A DNA stretch of 64,000 nucleotides, taken from a virus. Position numbers and translations under genes: made by a program. Where the stretch lies: positions 1-64,000 of IMG/VR virus record IMGVR_UViG_3300045988_081419, one strand, 5' to 3'. Shown here in pieces: positions 29,964-37,762 of the stretch. Below the pieces are notes generated by a model. The model saw only the letters and a program-made list of their open reading frames with translations. It was not told where the DNA came from and ran no database searches. Each line of letters opens with the position of its first letter. The first letter of the stretch is position 1.

Positions 29964-31097
29964 TTATTCTGCTTCATACTCTGCACCACAATTCTCACAA
30001 ATGAACTTTTTGGACTTCTTCTCATATTTAAGTTTCTGTCCACAGCAGAAGTTATCTTCGCCAATCTCATAAGGCTCTTCTGCTTCATACTCTGCACCGT
30101 CATTGTCAATGAAGCGTTTCTTTGTCTCACAGAACAGTGCCACAAGGTCTTCAAATTCATACTCGTCACCAAGCATTTCAAGTTCGTCTTCTGTACAGAA
30201 AGTCTCACAAAATGTAGCCATGTCTTCTTCCTTAATGGACTCGTTCTCAATCTGCTCAAGAACTTCTTCCATCATGTTATGGACTGCTTCTTTTCTCTCG
30301 TCAGTCATATTGTCCGGGTCATTGATTCCCTCTGGGTCATAGTCAGCAAAGTAGGTGTCTGCATTGATTTCTTCGCCCTCTTCATCATCTGCAACATCTT
30401 CTTCTACCTGCTCTTCGACTTCTTCCTCTTCTTCGTCATCATCTTCAAACTCAACTTTTCCATCATCAATAGCCTGTGCTAACACTAAAACTACATCAGA
30501 CTTCTTACCGCTTGCTTTGATACCTAAATCTGCAAGGTAATCAATAATCTCTTTAGCAGTCATATCCTCAGACACTTCTTTTGCCATCTGGATAGCTTCT
30601 TCGGAGATTTCCGGCTCTTTCTCTTCTTCGGCTTCTGCTTCTTCTTTCTTAGCTTTTTTCAGTCCACCCTTTTTACCTTTGCTGATAGGAACAACTTTTC
30701 CTCTGTCTTCTTCATCAACTGGGTCTGCTGTAACCTCAATGTCTACTGCTAAAATTCTGGCTGTAATTTCATCACGCTTTCCAGTACAAGGAACACCTAA
30801 ACTAGCACCTAGTTTCTTTAAATCATTGTACTTCATAGCGTCAAGGTCTTCCTTAGAGAAACGTGCATTAGTTGTTGCAGGTGCTTCTGTCTCTTCCGGC
30901 TCATTCATAGCAGGAGCAGTCTCTTCTTTCTGTGCCTTTGTACGTTTGCCTACAGATTTTGTAGCTTTTCCATTGTCGGTAACAGGTGTTTCATTTTCTG
31001 CACCACTAGAGAGTTCGTCTCTCAGCATTGTTGCTCCCTCAATAATACGATTCAATCCCTCGATAATTGTTTCTTTCTTCATTGTGTTTTCCTCCAT
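29964..31097 (-). CDS. Highly acidic protein with two SAP-like motifs and C-terminal Zn-ribbon
   Basis: LKKLGASLGVPCTGKRDEITARIL and IIDYLADLGIKASGKKSDVVLVLAQAI; long D/E runs; duplicated GAEYEAE; CCGQ...CENC. Confidence 0.55.
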   Translation of the reverse strand: MEENTMKKETIIEGLNRIIEGATMLRDELSSGAENETPVTDNGKATKSVGKRTKAQKEETAPAMNEPEETEAPATTNARFSKEDLDAMKYNDLKKLGASLGVPCTGKRDEITARILAVDIEVTADPVDEEDRGKVVPISKGKKGGLKKAKKEEAEAEEEKEPEISEEAIQMAKEVSEDMTAKEIIDYLADLGIKASGKKSDVVLVLAQAIDDGKVEFEDDDEEEEEVEEQVEEDVADDEEGEEINADTYFADYDPEGINDPDNMTDERKEAVHNMMEEVLEQIENESIKEEDMATFCETFCTEDELEMLGDEYEFEDLVALFCETKKRFIDNDGAEYEAEEPYEIGEDNFCCGQKLKYEKKSKKFICENCGAEYEAE

Positions 31098-31147
31098 AGA
31101 TTCTTTAATTTTTGTTGAGCGTTGCTCTTCATGTTCTTAGTATATCA

Positions 31148-31450
31148 TCAGTGTTTATCAGTGTCAAACACCTGTGGAATGAGGTCTTTAGACCTTTTTT
31201 CTAAATAAGTTACTTTCTCTTCAATCTTGAGCATTTCTGCAAAAAGACCTTTCACAGCAGTTTCTTTATCCCCTAAAGGGATTGTTGGTGAAGCTAAAAC
31301 AGCTTCATGTCTTCCACTTAACTCTTGATATACACCATTAAGAGTTAAGATAAGACTTTTAATAACACCTACACTATAAGAGGACACTGCTTCTTCAAAG
31401 TCTTCTATAGAACAGTCAATCAGTACACCTAACTCACTCTTTTCATTCAT
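31148..31450 (-). CDS. Hypothetical protein
   Basis: 100-aa co-oriented ORF. Confidence 0.4.
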   Translation of the reverse strand: MNEKSELGVLIDCSIEDFEEAVSSYSVGVIKSLILTLNGVYQELSGRHEAVLASPTIPLGDKETAVKGLFAEMLKIEEKVTYLEKRSKDLIPQVFDTDKH

Positions 31451-31463
31451 TGTTCACACCTCC

Positions 31464-31712
31464 TTACTCTTGCAATTTATGATTAACAAAGACCATTGTG
31501 ACTAAGAAGAAACAAGCGGTAATCACTCTGGATACATCATAACATAAGAATAAATAGTAGACAACAAACAGAATACCTGCAACCATACTAAAAAAGGTCA
31601 ACAGCATAGCAAGTTTTCTAATAAAATTCATAACCTTAACCCAAAAGGGTACAAACTTATCTGTAACAAAAATATCAATCTTTATTCCAAGTCTCTTCAA
31701 TAAATATTTCAT
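31464..31712 (-). CDS. Small membrane protein
   Basis: 82 aa with two hydrophobic helices. Confidence 0.4.
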   Translation of the reverse strand: MKYLLKRLGIKIDIFVTDKFVPFWVKVMNFIRKLAMLLTFFSMVAGILFVVYYLFLCYDVSRVITACFFLVTMVFVNHKLQE

Positions 31713-32086
31713 ATCATCACCCTCTCTCTATCTAAAAGATTCAACTCTTCCGCTTTACTTATCTTCTCGTCAAGTATTCTGTAAAACTCTGGGTCGTGCA
31801 TAACACCTTTCTTTCTGACAAAGCCCGGAAGAGTAAACTGTATATGATGACACACCTCATGTATGGTGTGATATAAAATGGTCTGATAAGGAAACATCAC
31901 CTTATTTCCTTTAGTTCTGTAGGGGTAGACTCTCACTTGTGCTTTCTTACCATTATAAGCATAAAAGTATCTTCCCCAATAAGTCTTACTGTAGGGTCTT
32001 ATCACTAAATCGAACTCCTCAACTGGGAGTTCTAACAATCGTAAATCCGAAATTAAACTGTCATATAACTCTTCCTTGCGTAGCAT
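31709..32086 (-). CDS. SprT/DUF45-like zinc metallopeptidase
   Basis: HEVCHH (HExxH) plus downstream HDPEFY. Start set at the ATG (MLRKEEL) preceded by TAGGAGG rather than the longer overlapping ORF. Confidence 0.5.
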   Translation of the reverse strand: MLRKEELYDSLISDLRLLELPVEEFDLVIRPYSKTYWGRYFYAYNGKKAQVRVYPYRTKGNKVMFPYQTILYHTIHEVCHHIQFTLPGFVRKKGVMHDPEFYRILDEKISKAEELNLLDRERVMI

Positions 32087-32138
32087 ATTAAATAACCTCC
32101 TAACTCTGCAAGGAAGATTATACCACAGGTTACTTTCT

Positions 32139-33203
32139 CTAAGCAACCAACATTCCTCCGGCAATTTTCTCTAATTCTAATCGTCTCTCAAGTGTGAAGT
32201 CCTGTGCAACTTCTGTAATACTATTGATAAGACCCCATCTGCTGTCTGTGTACTTAGTGTTCATTAAATCAATGACCTTGCGTGAACTCTCTTCTGAAAG
32301 TTTAGTTTTATCTTTAATATAAGCCACAAACTCATTTATATCATCTTCATATTCACTTGCAGAACTCCAATGATTATCTCTATGCTGTGCCCTCCTAACC
32401 CACTCTACTGCATTTTCTGTGAGTAAATCTACATTCTGTAAAGACTTCACAAGTCCACTATGAAGTTCATCTACAGTAATACCAATGTGTTTCTGCTCAA
32501 ACAGTGTACCTCCTGCTCTGGCAATAACAAGACCGTTAGTACACACTTGTTTATAGATACCGAACTGTACTATCAAGGTATTTCTACCAACATCAGAACT
32601 GTCAATAAAAATACCCGGAAATAAGTCTTCGCCATCAATAGGCAACATTTCTTTACCCACTAAACGCAAATGAAGTCTTTCTTCATTTAAGAAAGAACCT
32701 TTCACTTTGTAGGTGTTTAAATCTACAGTGTCACTTAACACCTTTAAAATGTCTGGTGTATCACAGATTGCATATCTGTCACTTAAAACACCTCGAATAC
32801 TACCATTGTATTCTCTGATAAGCAGATTCTTGTCATACCCCTCAAGCCATGAGTTCATGTTGTCTTGTGCAAGTTCAATTCTGCCGGAATTGATACATCT
32901 TCTCATATACTCATGTGGAACACCAATCTTATTACACAACTGACCCATAGCGTGTCTTGAAATACTAGGACTTCTCACTTCACCCTCTTTTGTAATATAG
33001 GTAACACCTGCAAGGTCATTTAATCTTAAAATCTCGTTATTAACTTTAGGTACTACAAAATCCTCACATACTGACTGAATATTGTGTGCCTTATCAAGAA
33101 GCATTGTAAATGAAACTCCTCCTGTATCAAGAAGTTCTCTGGTATCTTCCTGCGGAACTGTTTCTACAACCTGTTGTGGCTGTGGTCTCTTTAATAATTT
33201 CAT
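32139..33203 (-). CDS. Hypothetical protein (possibly DUF932-like)
   Basis: 354-aa ORF; family assignment only by vague resemblance. Confidence 0.35.
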   Translation of the reverse strand: MKLLKRPQPQQVVETVPQEDTRELLDTGGVSFTMLLDKAHNIQSVCEDFVVPKVNNEILRLNDLAGVTYITKEGEVRSPSISRHAMGQLCNKIGVPHEYMRRCINSGRIELAQDNMNSWLEGYDKNLLIREYNGSIRGVLSDRYAICDTPDILKVLSDTVDLNTYKVKGSFLNEERLHLRLVGKEMLPIDGEDLFPGIFIDSSDVGRNTLIVQFGIYKQVCTNGLVIARAGGTLFEQKHIGITVDELHSGLVKSLQNVDLLTENAVEWVRRAQHRDNHWSSASEYEDDINEFVAYIKDKTKLSEESSRKVIDLMNTKYTDSRWGLINSITEVAQDFTLERRLELEKIAGGMLVA

Positions 33204-33254
33204 TGAAATTCTCCTTTCAGTGTTTTATTTAATAACTGAGTTCATTATACAGTG

Positions 33255-33281
33255 AAACAGAAAAGAGGTCAAAACACCTCT
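33255..33281 (-). terminator. Rho-independent terminator
   Basis: AGAGGU-GUUUUG-ACCUCU then UUUCUGUUU on the minus strand. Confidence 0.5.
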
Positions 33282-33300
33282 GTTCTAACCTCTTACTTTG

Positions 33301-33873
33301 CTATCTCTTCTGCTCTAATAGTATTCTCTTAAACACTTTCACTATTTTACCGGGCAAACTGTGTTTCTGCACATATTTCCATGCTTCGGTTTCATCATCA
33401 AACTGAACCCAGTTTACTAAATAATCTCCATGCACTATGTCTTTCATAGGAACACCACATACATAATCTCTCATAAACACTTCACTTTCTGCTCCCGGCA
33501 AGTCAAGGTCTCTGATAGGACTATCCTGTCTTTTAGTAAGTTCTCTCATAAGCTGTTCTGTTGATATAGAAGAAACTTGAAAACTCAAGTCTTCTACCCT
33601 CTCAAAACGATAAGTCTGACCTGTAGCATTATCAAGTCTATCTTTAATGTACAAAGTCATTTCATCACCAAACTGTTCACAAGTATCATGGTCTGCCACA
33701 AAGTCTTCAACTGGTCGCACAAAATTTCCATATTCTGGGTGGCACACATTAAAATAACTAACCATAAAGGTCTTTTCATCTAAAGCACTTTTTGAAATAC
33801 CTGTCACACAATAATATTGACCTTTAAAGTGTCTATACAATCCCGGCTTAACACTAACACTATTCATATTCAT
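33301..33873 (-). CDS. DUF1653-like N-terminal domain protein
   Basis: YRHFKGQYY motif near the N-terminus. Confidence 0.45.
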   Translation of the reverse strand: MNMNSVSVKPGLYRHFKGQYYCVTGISKSALDEKTFMVSYFNVCHPEYGNFVRPVEDFVADHDTCEQFGDEMTLYIKDRLDNATGQTYRFERVEDLSFQVSSISTEQLMRELTKRQDSPIRDLDLPGAESEVFMRDYVCGVPMKDIVHGDYLVNWVQFDDETEAWKYVQKHSLPGKIVKVFKRILLEQKR

Positions 33874-34529
33874 TCCTCCTCTGGTGCATAAGCAAATATA
33901 GTTCCCTCTACTGTGTCATAAGTCTTTAGAGTCTTTACCCAGTTATCTTCAACAAGACTTTCAGCATAGAAATACTGTACCTCAAAAGGTAAATCACTGC
34001 CAAACAATAACACTGAATACACATTGGCTAAAGTCTGGTATGTGACCTCTTGTGATTCAAGTGAACCATTGTAGGCTACACTAAACTGTATTCCTCCATC
34101 TTTCTGATAGATAACCTCTTCAATCGTATTCGGAAATTTAGGACTCACAACCCTATTTAGTATCACCTGAGTTATCATTTTCTGTGACTGATTATTCCCC
34201 TCACCTGCTTCTGCTTGAACACACTTTGCAAGTAATTGTACTTCCTCTTTTGAATAAGAGGACTTACCACTGTTCAATTCTTCTTCCATTCTTATTCTCA
34301 AGCTATACTCTTCTGCATACTTGTCAAAATTAGTTTCTGCCAAAGACCTCACTTCTTCTAGGTTCTCATTGTACGCTATCCTGTTACTATCTATGGCACT
34401 TTGCAAGTCCTCATTGATTTTCTCTAAATCCTCCATGTTCTTCATAGAGAATAAGAGTATCACTAAACACAAAATACCAAAGAAAACAGTGGTACAGAAA
34501 TACACCTTGTCTGCTCTAATTCCTTTCAT
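33870..34529 (-). CDS. Membrane-anchored cell-wall hydrolase, SleB/CwlJ family
   Basis: N-terminal TM helix, coiled coil, then LLAKCVQAEAGEG..QKMITQVILNRV..FPNTIEEVI (Hydrolase_2-type motif). Confidence 0.65.
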   Translation of the reverse strand: MKGIRADKVYFCTTVFFGILCLVILLFSMKNMEDLEKINEDLQSAIDSNRIAYNENLEEVRSLAETNFDKYAEEYSLRIRMEEELNSGKSSYSKEEVQLLAKCVQAEAGEGNNQSQKMITQVILNRVVSPKFPNTIEEVIYQKDGGIQFSVAYNGSLESQEVTYQTLANVYSVLLFGSDLPFEVQYFYAESLVEDNWVKTLKTYDTVEGTIFAYAPEEE

Positions 34530-34592
34530 TATGTACCTCCTAAATAAAATTAGTCTGCATGACTTTTACATCACACAGACTGATTTTAACAC

Positions 34593-36266
34593 TTATTTTC
34601 TTGTAGGTAAAGTCTCCACAATAGAGTCAATAATCTTTCTCACATCACTTGCCCCACTTCCGATTGAACTATACACATTGATAACGTCCACAACTCTCTC
34701 AGAGAATCCAGTAATAAGATTTTTTCTAAAGTCATCAGTGTTGACAATAGCAAAGCTGTTACCTAAGAGGTTATCCAGATACAGCTTCTTAATGACTTTC
34801 TTCTTAAAGAGGATATTCACCGCTTCGTCTGTGTTATAAGAAGAGTAATAACCTCTTACATACAGACGGAAAGAACTACCACTGGAAGAATAGCAATCTC
34901 CATCAGAAAGAATGATTAAGTTGTCATACTTAGTATTCTGACTTGCAAGTACATTGATTGCAGTGTCCAGATTCGTACAACTACCTACATTGTGGTTCAT
35001 AATAGTCTTCATAATGTCCATAACTGTAGACTTCTTAGAAATGTCAGTCACCTGCTCACATCTATCTGCGAACACATACACATCTGCAATTCCTTTCTTA
35101 AAGCAGATTGCACCTAACATACAAGCTACAATGTCTGCTGTTACATTAGAAGCACCAGATACAGAGTGTCTCATAGAACCAGAACGGTCAATAAGGATAG
35201 CACTGTAACCCTCAATATCCTGCAAGTTGTCAATAGAGAGGTCTAATGCTTCTACTAAAGCGTCCATGACTCTTCTCTTTCCGGCAGAATTACTCAGTTT
35301 AGACACCTCTTGATATGCACTGTAGAATCTGAAAGGTAACAGTCTGGACTTCTGTACCTCTTTCTTATTCGTGAGTTTTGCCACAATACTGTCTACTGCT
35401 TTAGAATCACTAAACATACCTGCTCTGTCAAGTGCTACAAGGTTCTTCACAATAGCCATGACTGTAGAGGTATCAATGGACTTCTTAACATCAGCCTTTG
35501 TGGTCTTACTGTTCTTGTTGTTCACTTTAGACAACTCAGCCTGCACCTGCTTAGTCTCTTCACTGCCACCAAACTCTACATTACCCTCAATGACTCTCTT
35601 ATAGAAGTCTTCACTGACCCTAGAGTTAGCCGGATTAGGTCTTAAAAGTTTGATACAGTCGGCAAGAGATACCTCTCTGTTATCTCCCAGTGCTTTAGAC
35701 AACTGATACTCGTTAAAAGACTCCAACTTCATTTTCAAGGACTTCCTTAACTGCATAGGGAGTGGCTGATTTCTGTGATTGGTCTTATTCTTTCCCCGAC
35801 CTTTTGTAGTCACGTCAAAACCAAACACATTCATCTGCATTGCCATAATATCAGTAATGTCTTTACCTCTTCTAACAATATAGTCTGTGTAGGTCTGCAA
35901 CTTGTTTCTTCCAGTCACTTCATCAATGAAGTTCTCACCCTTAAATCTAGGGTCATTAAAACAAGCTGTAAGCACTGCCAGAGGGTACTGAATCATATTA
36001 TACTCTCTGCCGATTCTGGCTACTTTTAAAGCATACTCTACATCAGACTCCGGGATTTCCGCAATAAGTCTCTGAATCTCTTTAAAGTCTTTCTCTGCTG
36101 TCCTCTTCTCATAATGAGTACCCTCACCAAAGAAAGAACTCAACACTTTACTAAACAGAATTTCAAGGGTGTCTAACTTATGTACTACACTACCCTCATG
36201 GTTCACTGTCTTTCTGGTGTCAGTCTTCATGTTCACTGCTCCACGTTTCTTGTTCATTGTTGCCAT
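34593..36266 (-). CDS. rsr: Ro60 (Rsr) orthologue: TROVE domain + vWA domain
   Basis: NHEGSVVHKLDTLEILFSKVLSSFFGEGTHY (TROVE N-terminal signature) and ILIDRSGSM MIDAS motif. Start at ATG (MATMNKK) 8 nt after AGGAGG. Confidence 0.7.
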   Translation of the reverse strand: MATMNKKRGAVNMKTDTRKTVNHEGSVVHKLDTLEILFSKVLSSFFGEGTHYEKRTAEKDFKEIQRLIAEIPESDVEYALKVARIGREYNMIQYPLAVLTACFNDPRFKGENFIDEVTGRNKLQTYTDYIVRRGKDITDIMAMQMNVFGFDVTTKGRGKNKTNHRNQPLPMQLRKSLKMKLESFNEYQLSKALGDNREVSLADCIKLLRPNPANSRVSEDFYKRVIEGNVEFGGSEETKQVQAELSKVNNKNSKTTKADVKKSIDTSTVMAIVKNLVALDRAGMFSDSKAVDSIVAKLTNKKEVQKSRLLPFRFYSAYQEVSKLSNSAGKRRVMDALVEALDLSIDNLQDIEGYSAILIDRSGSMRHSVSGASNVTADIVACMLGAICFKKGIADVYVFADRCEQVTDISKKSTVMDIMKTIMNHNVGSCTNLDTAINVLASQNTKYDNLIILSDGDCYSSSGSSFRLYVRGYYSSYNTDEAVNILFKKKVIKKLYLDNLLGNSFAIVNTDDFRKNLITGFSERVVDVINVYSSIGSGASDVRKIIDSIVETLPTRK

Positions 36267-36372
36267 AATACATTCCTCCTTTAATTTCATAAATGTGTGG
36301 ATATAATAAAAGACCTCACAATTCGGGAAGATTGTGAAGTCCTTTAATCTTAACAAGTGTAGGAAGAAAAGC

Positions 36373-36493
36373 GTTATTGTATGAAATCGTTTGCTTCATT
36401 AAAAGTGAAGTGCCTTAACCAATTAGGCTATCTGTCAAATTATTTGGCTGACGGAGTGGGAATCGAACCCACATAAATGATGTAAACAATAAC
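36373..36493 (-). ncRNA. Circularly permuted, acceptor-capped tRNA-Lys(UUU)-like RNA
   Basis: Order on the minus strand: leader helix, T arm GUGGG-UUCGAUU-CCCAC, UCCGUCA, 11-nt cap, UGACAGA, UA, D arm GCCU..AGGC, A, CUUCA-CUUUUAA-UGAAG, trailer. Leader GUUAUUGU pairs with trailer ACAAUAAC. Confidence 0.6.
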
Positions 36494-36542
36494 TGCACAA
36501 TCCTACCACAATAATTACTACGTTAAAATTTAGGAGTAAAGC

Positions 36543-36662
36543 CACTTAGCTGTAAATCTCTTAAAGAGTGTTTTCAAGACACTTGCGTATTCCAGTTTCG
36601 CCAAATTTCCAATCGGAAATTATAAGATTTGAACCTATATATTTTATGATGTAAGCTAAATG
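36543..36662 (-). ncRNA. Circularly permuted, acceptor-capped tRNA-Ser(UGA)-like RNA
   Basis: T arm AUAGG-UUCAAAU-CUUAU, AAUUUCC-GAUU-GGAAAUU capped acceptor, UG, D arm GCG..CGC, A, AGUGU-CUUGAAA-ACACU. Leader CAUUUAGCU pairs with trailer AGCUAAGUG. Confidence 0.6.
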
Positions 36663-36721
36663 TACACAACCCAAATTATTATATTCCTTTTAAAGTGGAG
36701 TAAAACGATAAAGTCTGTTTG

Positions 36722-36794
36722 TTATCACAACAGGAGTCGAACCTGCAATCTTTTTCTTGGAATGAAAACGTCTTAACCATTTGACTATATGATG
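36722..36794 (-). tRNA. tRNA-Gly(UCC)
   Basis: Acceptor CAUCAUA/UGUGAUA (C1-A72 mismatch), anticodon arm UUUUC-AUUCCAA-GAAAA, T arm GCAGG-UUCGACU-CCUGU; no encoded CCA. Confidence 0.75.
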
Positions 36795-36860
36795 TAAACT
36801 TTATCTACACAACCACTATAGTTACTCTATCATAAGGAAGAAAAACATAAAAGACTTCTT

Positions 36861-36933
36861 TTCATATTGTCGGAATCGAACCAACTACACTTATTTCCCA
36901 AAAATAATGCTCTACCTATTGAGCTAAACATGA
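36861..36933 (-). tRNA. tRNA-Pro(UGG)
   Basis: Acceptor UCAUGUU/AAUAUGA, D arm GCUC-AAUAGGUA-GAGC, anticodon arm UUAUU-UUUGGGA-AAUAA, T arm GUUGG-UUCGAUU-CCGAC. Confidence 0.85.
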
Positions 36934-37021
36934 TGTAATCTTTTATTACACAATCCTTATTTTCTTTAACACTGCTCTCAGCGTGTTTACACTATATCAC
37001 ACTTTCTAAAAGCTGTCAAAA

Positions 37022-37094
37022 CTGCCCTTACTGGATTTGAACCAGTGAAATGCAGGAGTCAAAGTCCTGTGCCTTACCACTTGGCGAAAGGGCA
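37022..37094 (-). tRNA. tRNA-Gln(UUG)
   Basis: Acceptor UGCCCUU/AAGGGCA 7/7, anticodon arm CAGGA-CUUUGAC-UCCUG, T arm ACUGG-UUCAAAU-CCAGU. Confidence 0.8.
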
Positions 37095-37282
37095 ATGAAG
37101 CAGACACTTTATCACGCATTTACCTTACCACTAATGACACTACTGATGTATCACAATGACCTCAGTATGTTATCACCAATGGAACAGTCGAGTGGAAGGG
37201 TAGTCTGCACACCCAATCGGCTTATCCACACATTCAAGTGTGAGAGTGTATGGTGTGGAGAAAGGATTCAAGCCACACCAAG

Positions 37283-37367
37283 TCGGTGAGGTAGGAATTG
37301 AACCTACGTTGTTTCTAATGTCACAGATTTACAGTCTGCTGTCTTCGCCTACTGGACACACTCACCG
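37283..37367 (-). tRNA. tRNA-Tyr(GUA), long-variable-region type
   Basis: Acceptor CGGUGAG/CUCACCG 7/7, anticodon arm GCAGA-CUGUAAA-UCUGU, T arm GUAGG-UUCAAUU-CCUAC. D region and the 15-nt variable region are irregular. Confidence 0.65.
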
Positions 37368-37594
37368 ATTTTAAGTCACTGTGATAGGAAAGTCCGGCTG
37401 TTATACTTCGTTCACACTTCATTGGATAGACTAAAGTGATTTCGGCAACTATCTCCTTGTCTGCTACTCATACATATCCGTCTCGTCTATCAAGACCTTT
37501 CGCTTTGGCAATCAACAAGTTCGTGACTATCAGCATTTTTATTGTAAGTCCTCCACTACTGGAATACCTTACTTAGTCGGCTGACAAGACTAAA

Positions 37595-37667
37595 CTGACT
37601 CAGCAGGACTCGAACCTGCGACTTTCTGATTAACAGTCAGACGTTCTACCAACTGAACTATGAGTCA
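37595..37667 (-). tRNA. tRNA-Asn(GUU)
   Basis: Acceptor UGACUCA/UGAGUCA, D arm GUUC-AGUUGGUA-GAAC, anticodon arm UCUGA-CUGUUAA-UCAGA, T arm GCAGG-UUCGAGU-CCUGC. Confidence 0.9.
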
Positions 37668-37762
37668 TCATGCACACTCATGTAGTTTCCGTTTTCCTAT
37701 TGCTAGCATTGGTCTCTGCACAACTGAGTGTGTGATATAGGAATTTCCTAGGATTCCTATAA

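Larger units (their letters stand above)
36477..36956 (-). repeat. Four copies of a 27-nt motif GGRTTGTGY-N9-TTACATCAT preceding each (permuted) tRNA unit
   Basis: Copies at 36477..36503, 36646..36672, 36789..36815 and 36930..36956 (plus strand: ATGATGTAA-N9-RCACAAYCC). Spacers also share GYUUUUMCUYCC. Confidence 0.7.

Noticed and set aside
29945-30259. 104-aa minus-strand ORF overlapping the 3' end of 29964..31097 in another frame
   Set aside because: It is embedded in the longer acidic-protein ORF, the composition is an artefact of the GA-rich sequence, and there is no start context.
36438-36448. G-CCA at the start of the 11-nt cap of the Lys-like unit, as proof of 3'-end maturation
   Set aside because: None of the other tRNAs encodes CCA, the Ser-like unit has only a GAUU cap, and a CCA triplet arises by chance about 1 time in 64. 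Noted but not used as evidence.
36373-36662. Simple explanation of the permuted units as broken tRNA pseudogenes, tandem-duplication junctions or intron-containing tRNAs
   Set aside because: In both units the 3' and 5' acceptor strands flanking the cap are mutually complementary (6/7 and 7/7). In both, the distal leader and trailer pair with unit-specific sequences. No matching halves lie in canonical order nearby. The flanks (under 100 nt) are too short for group I intron halves.
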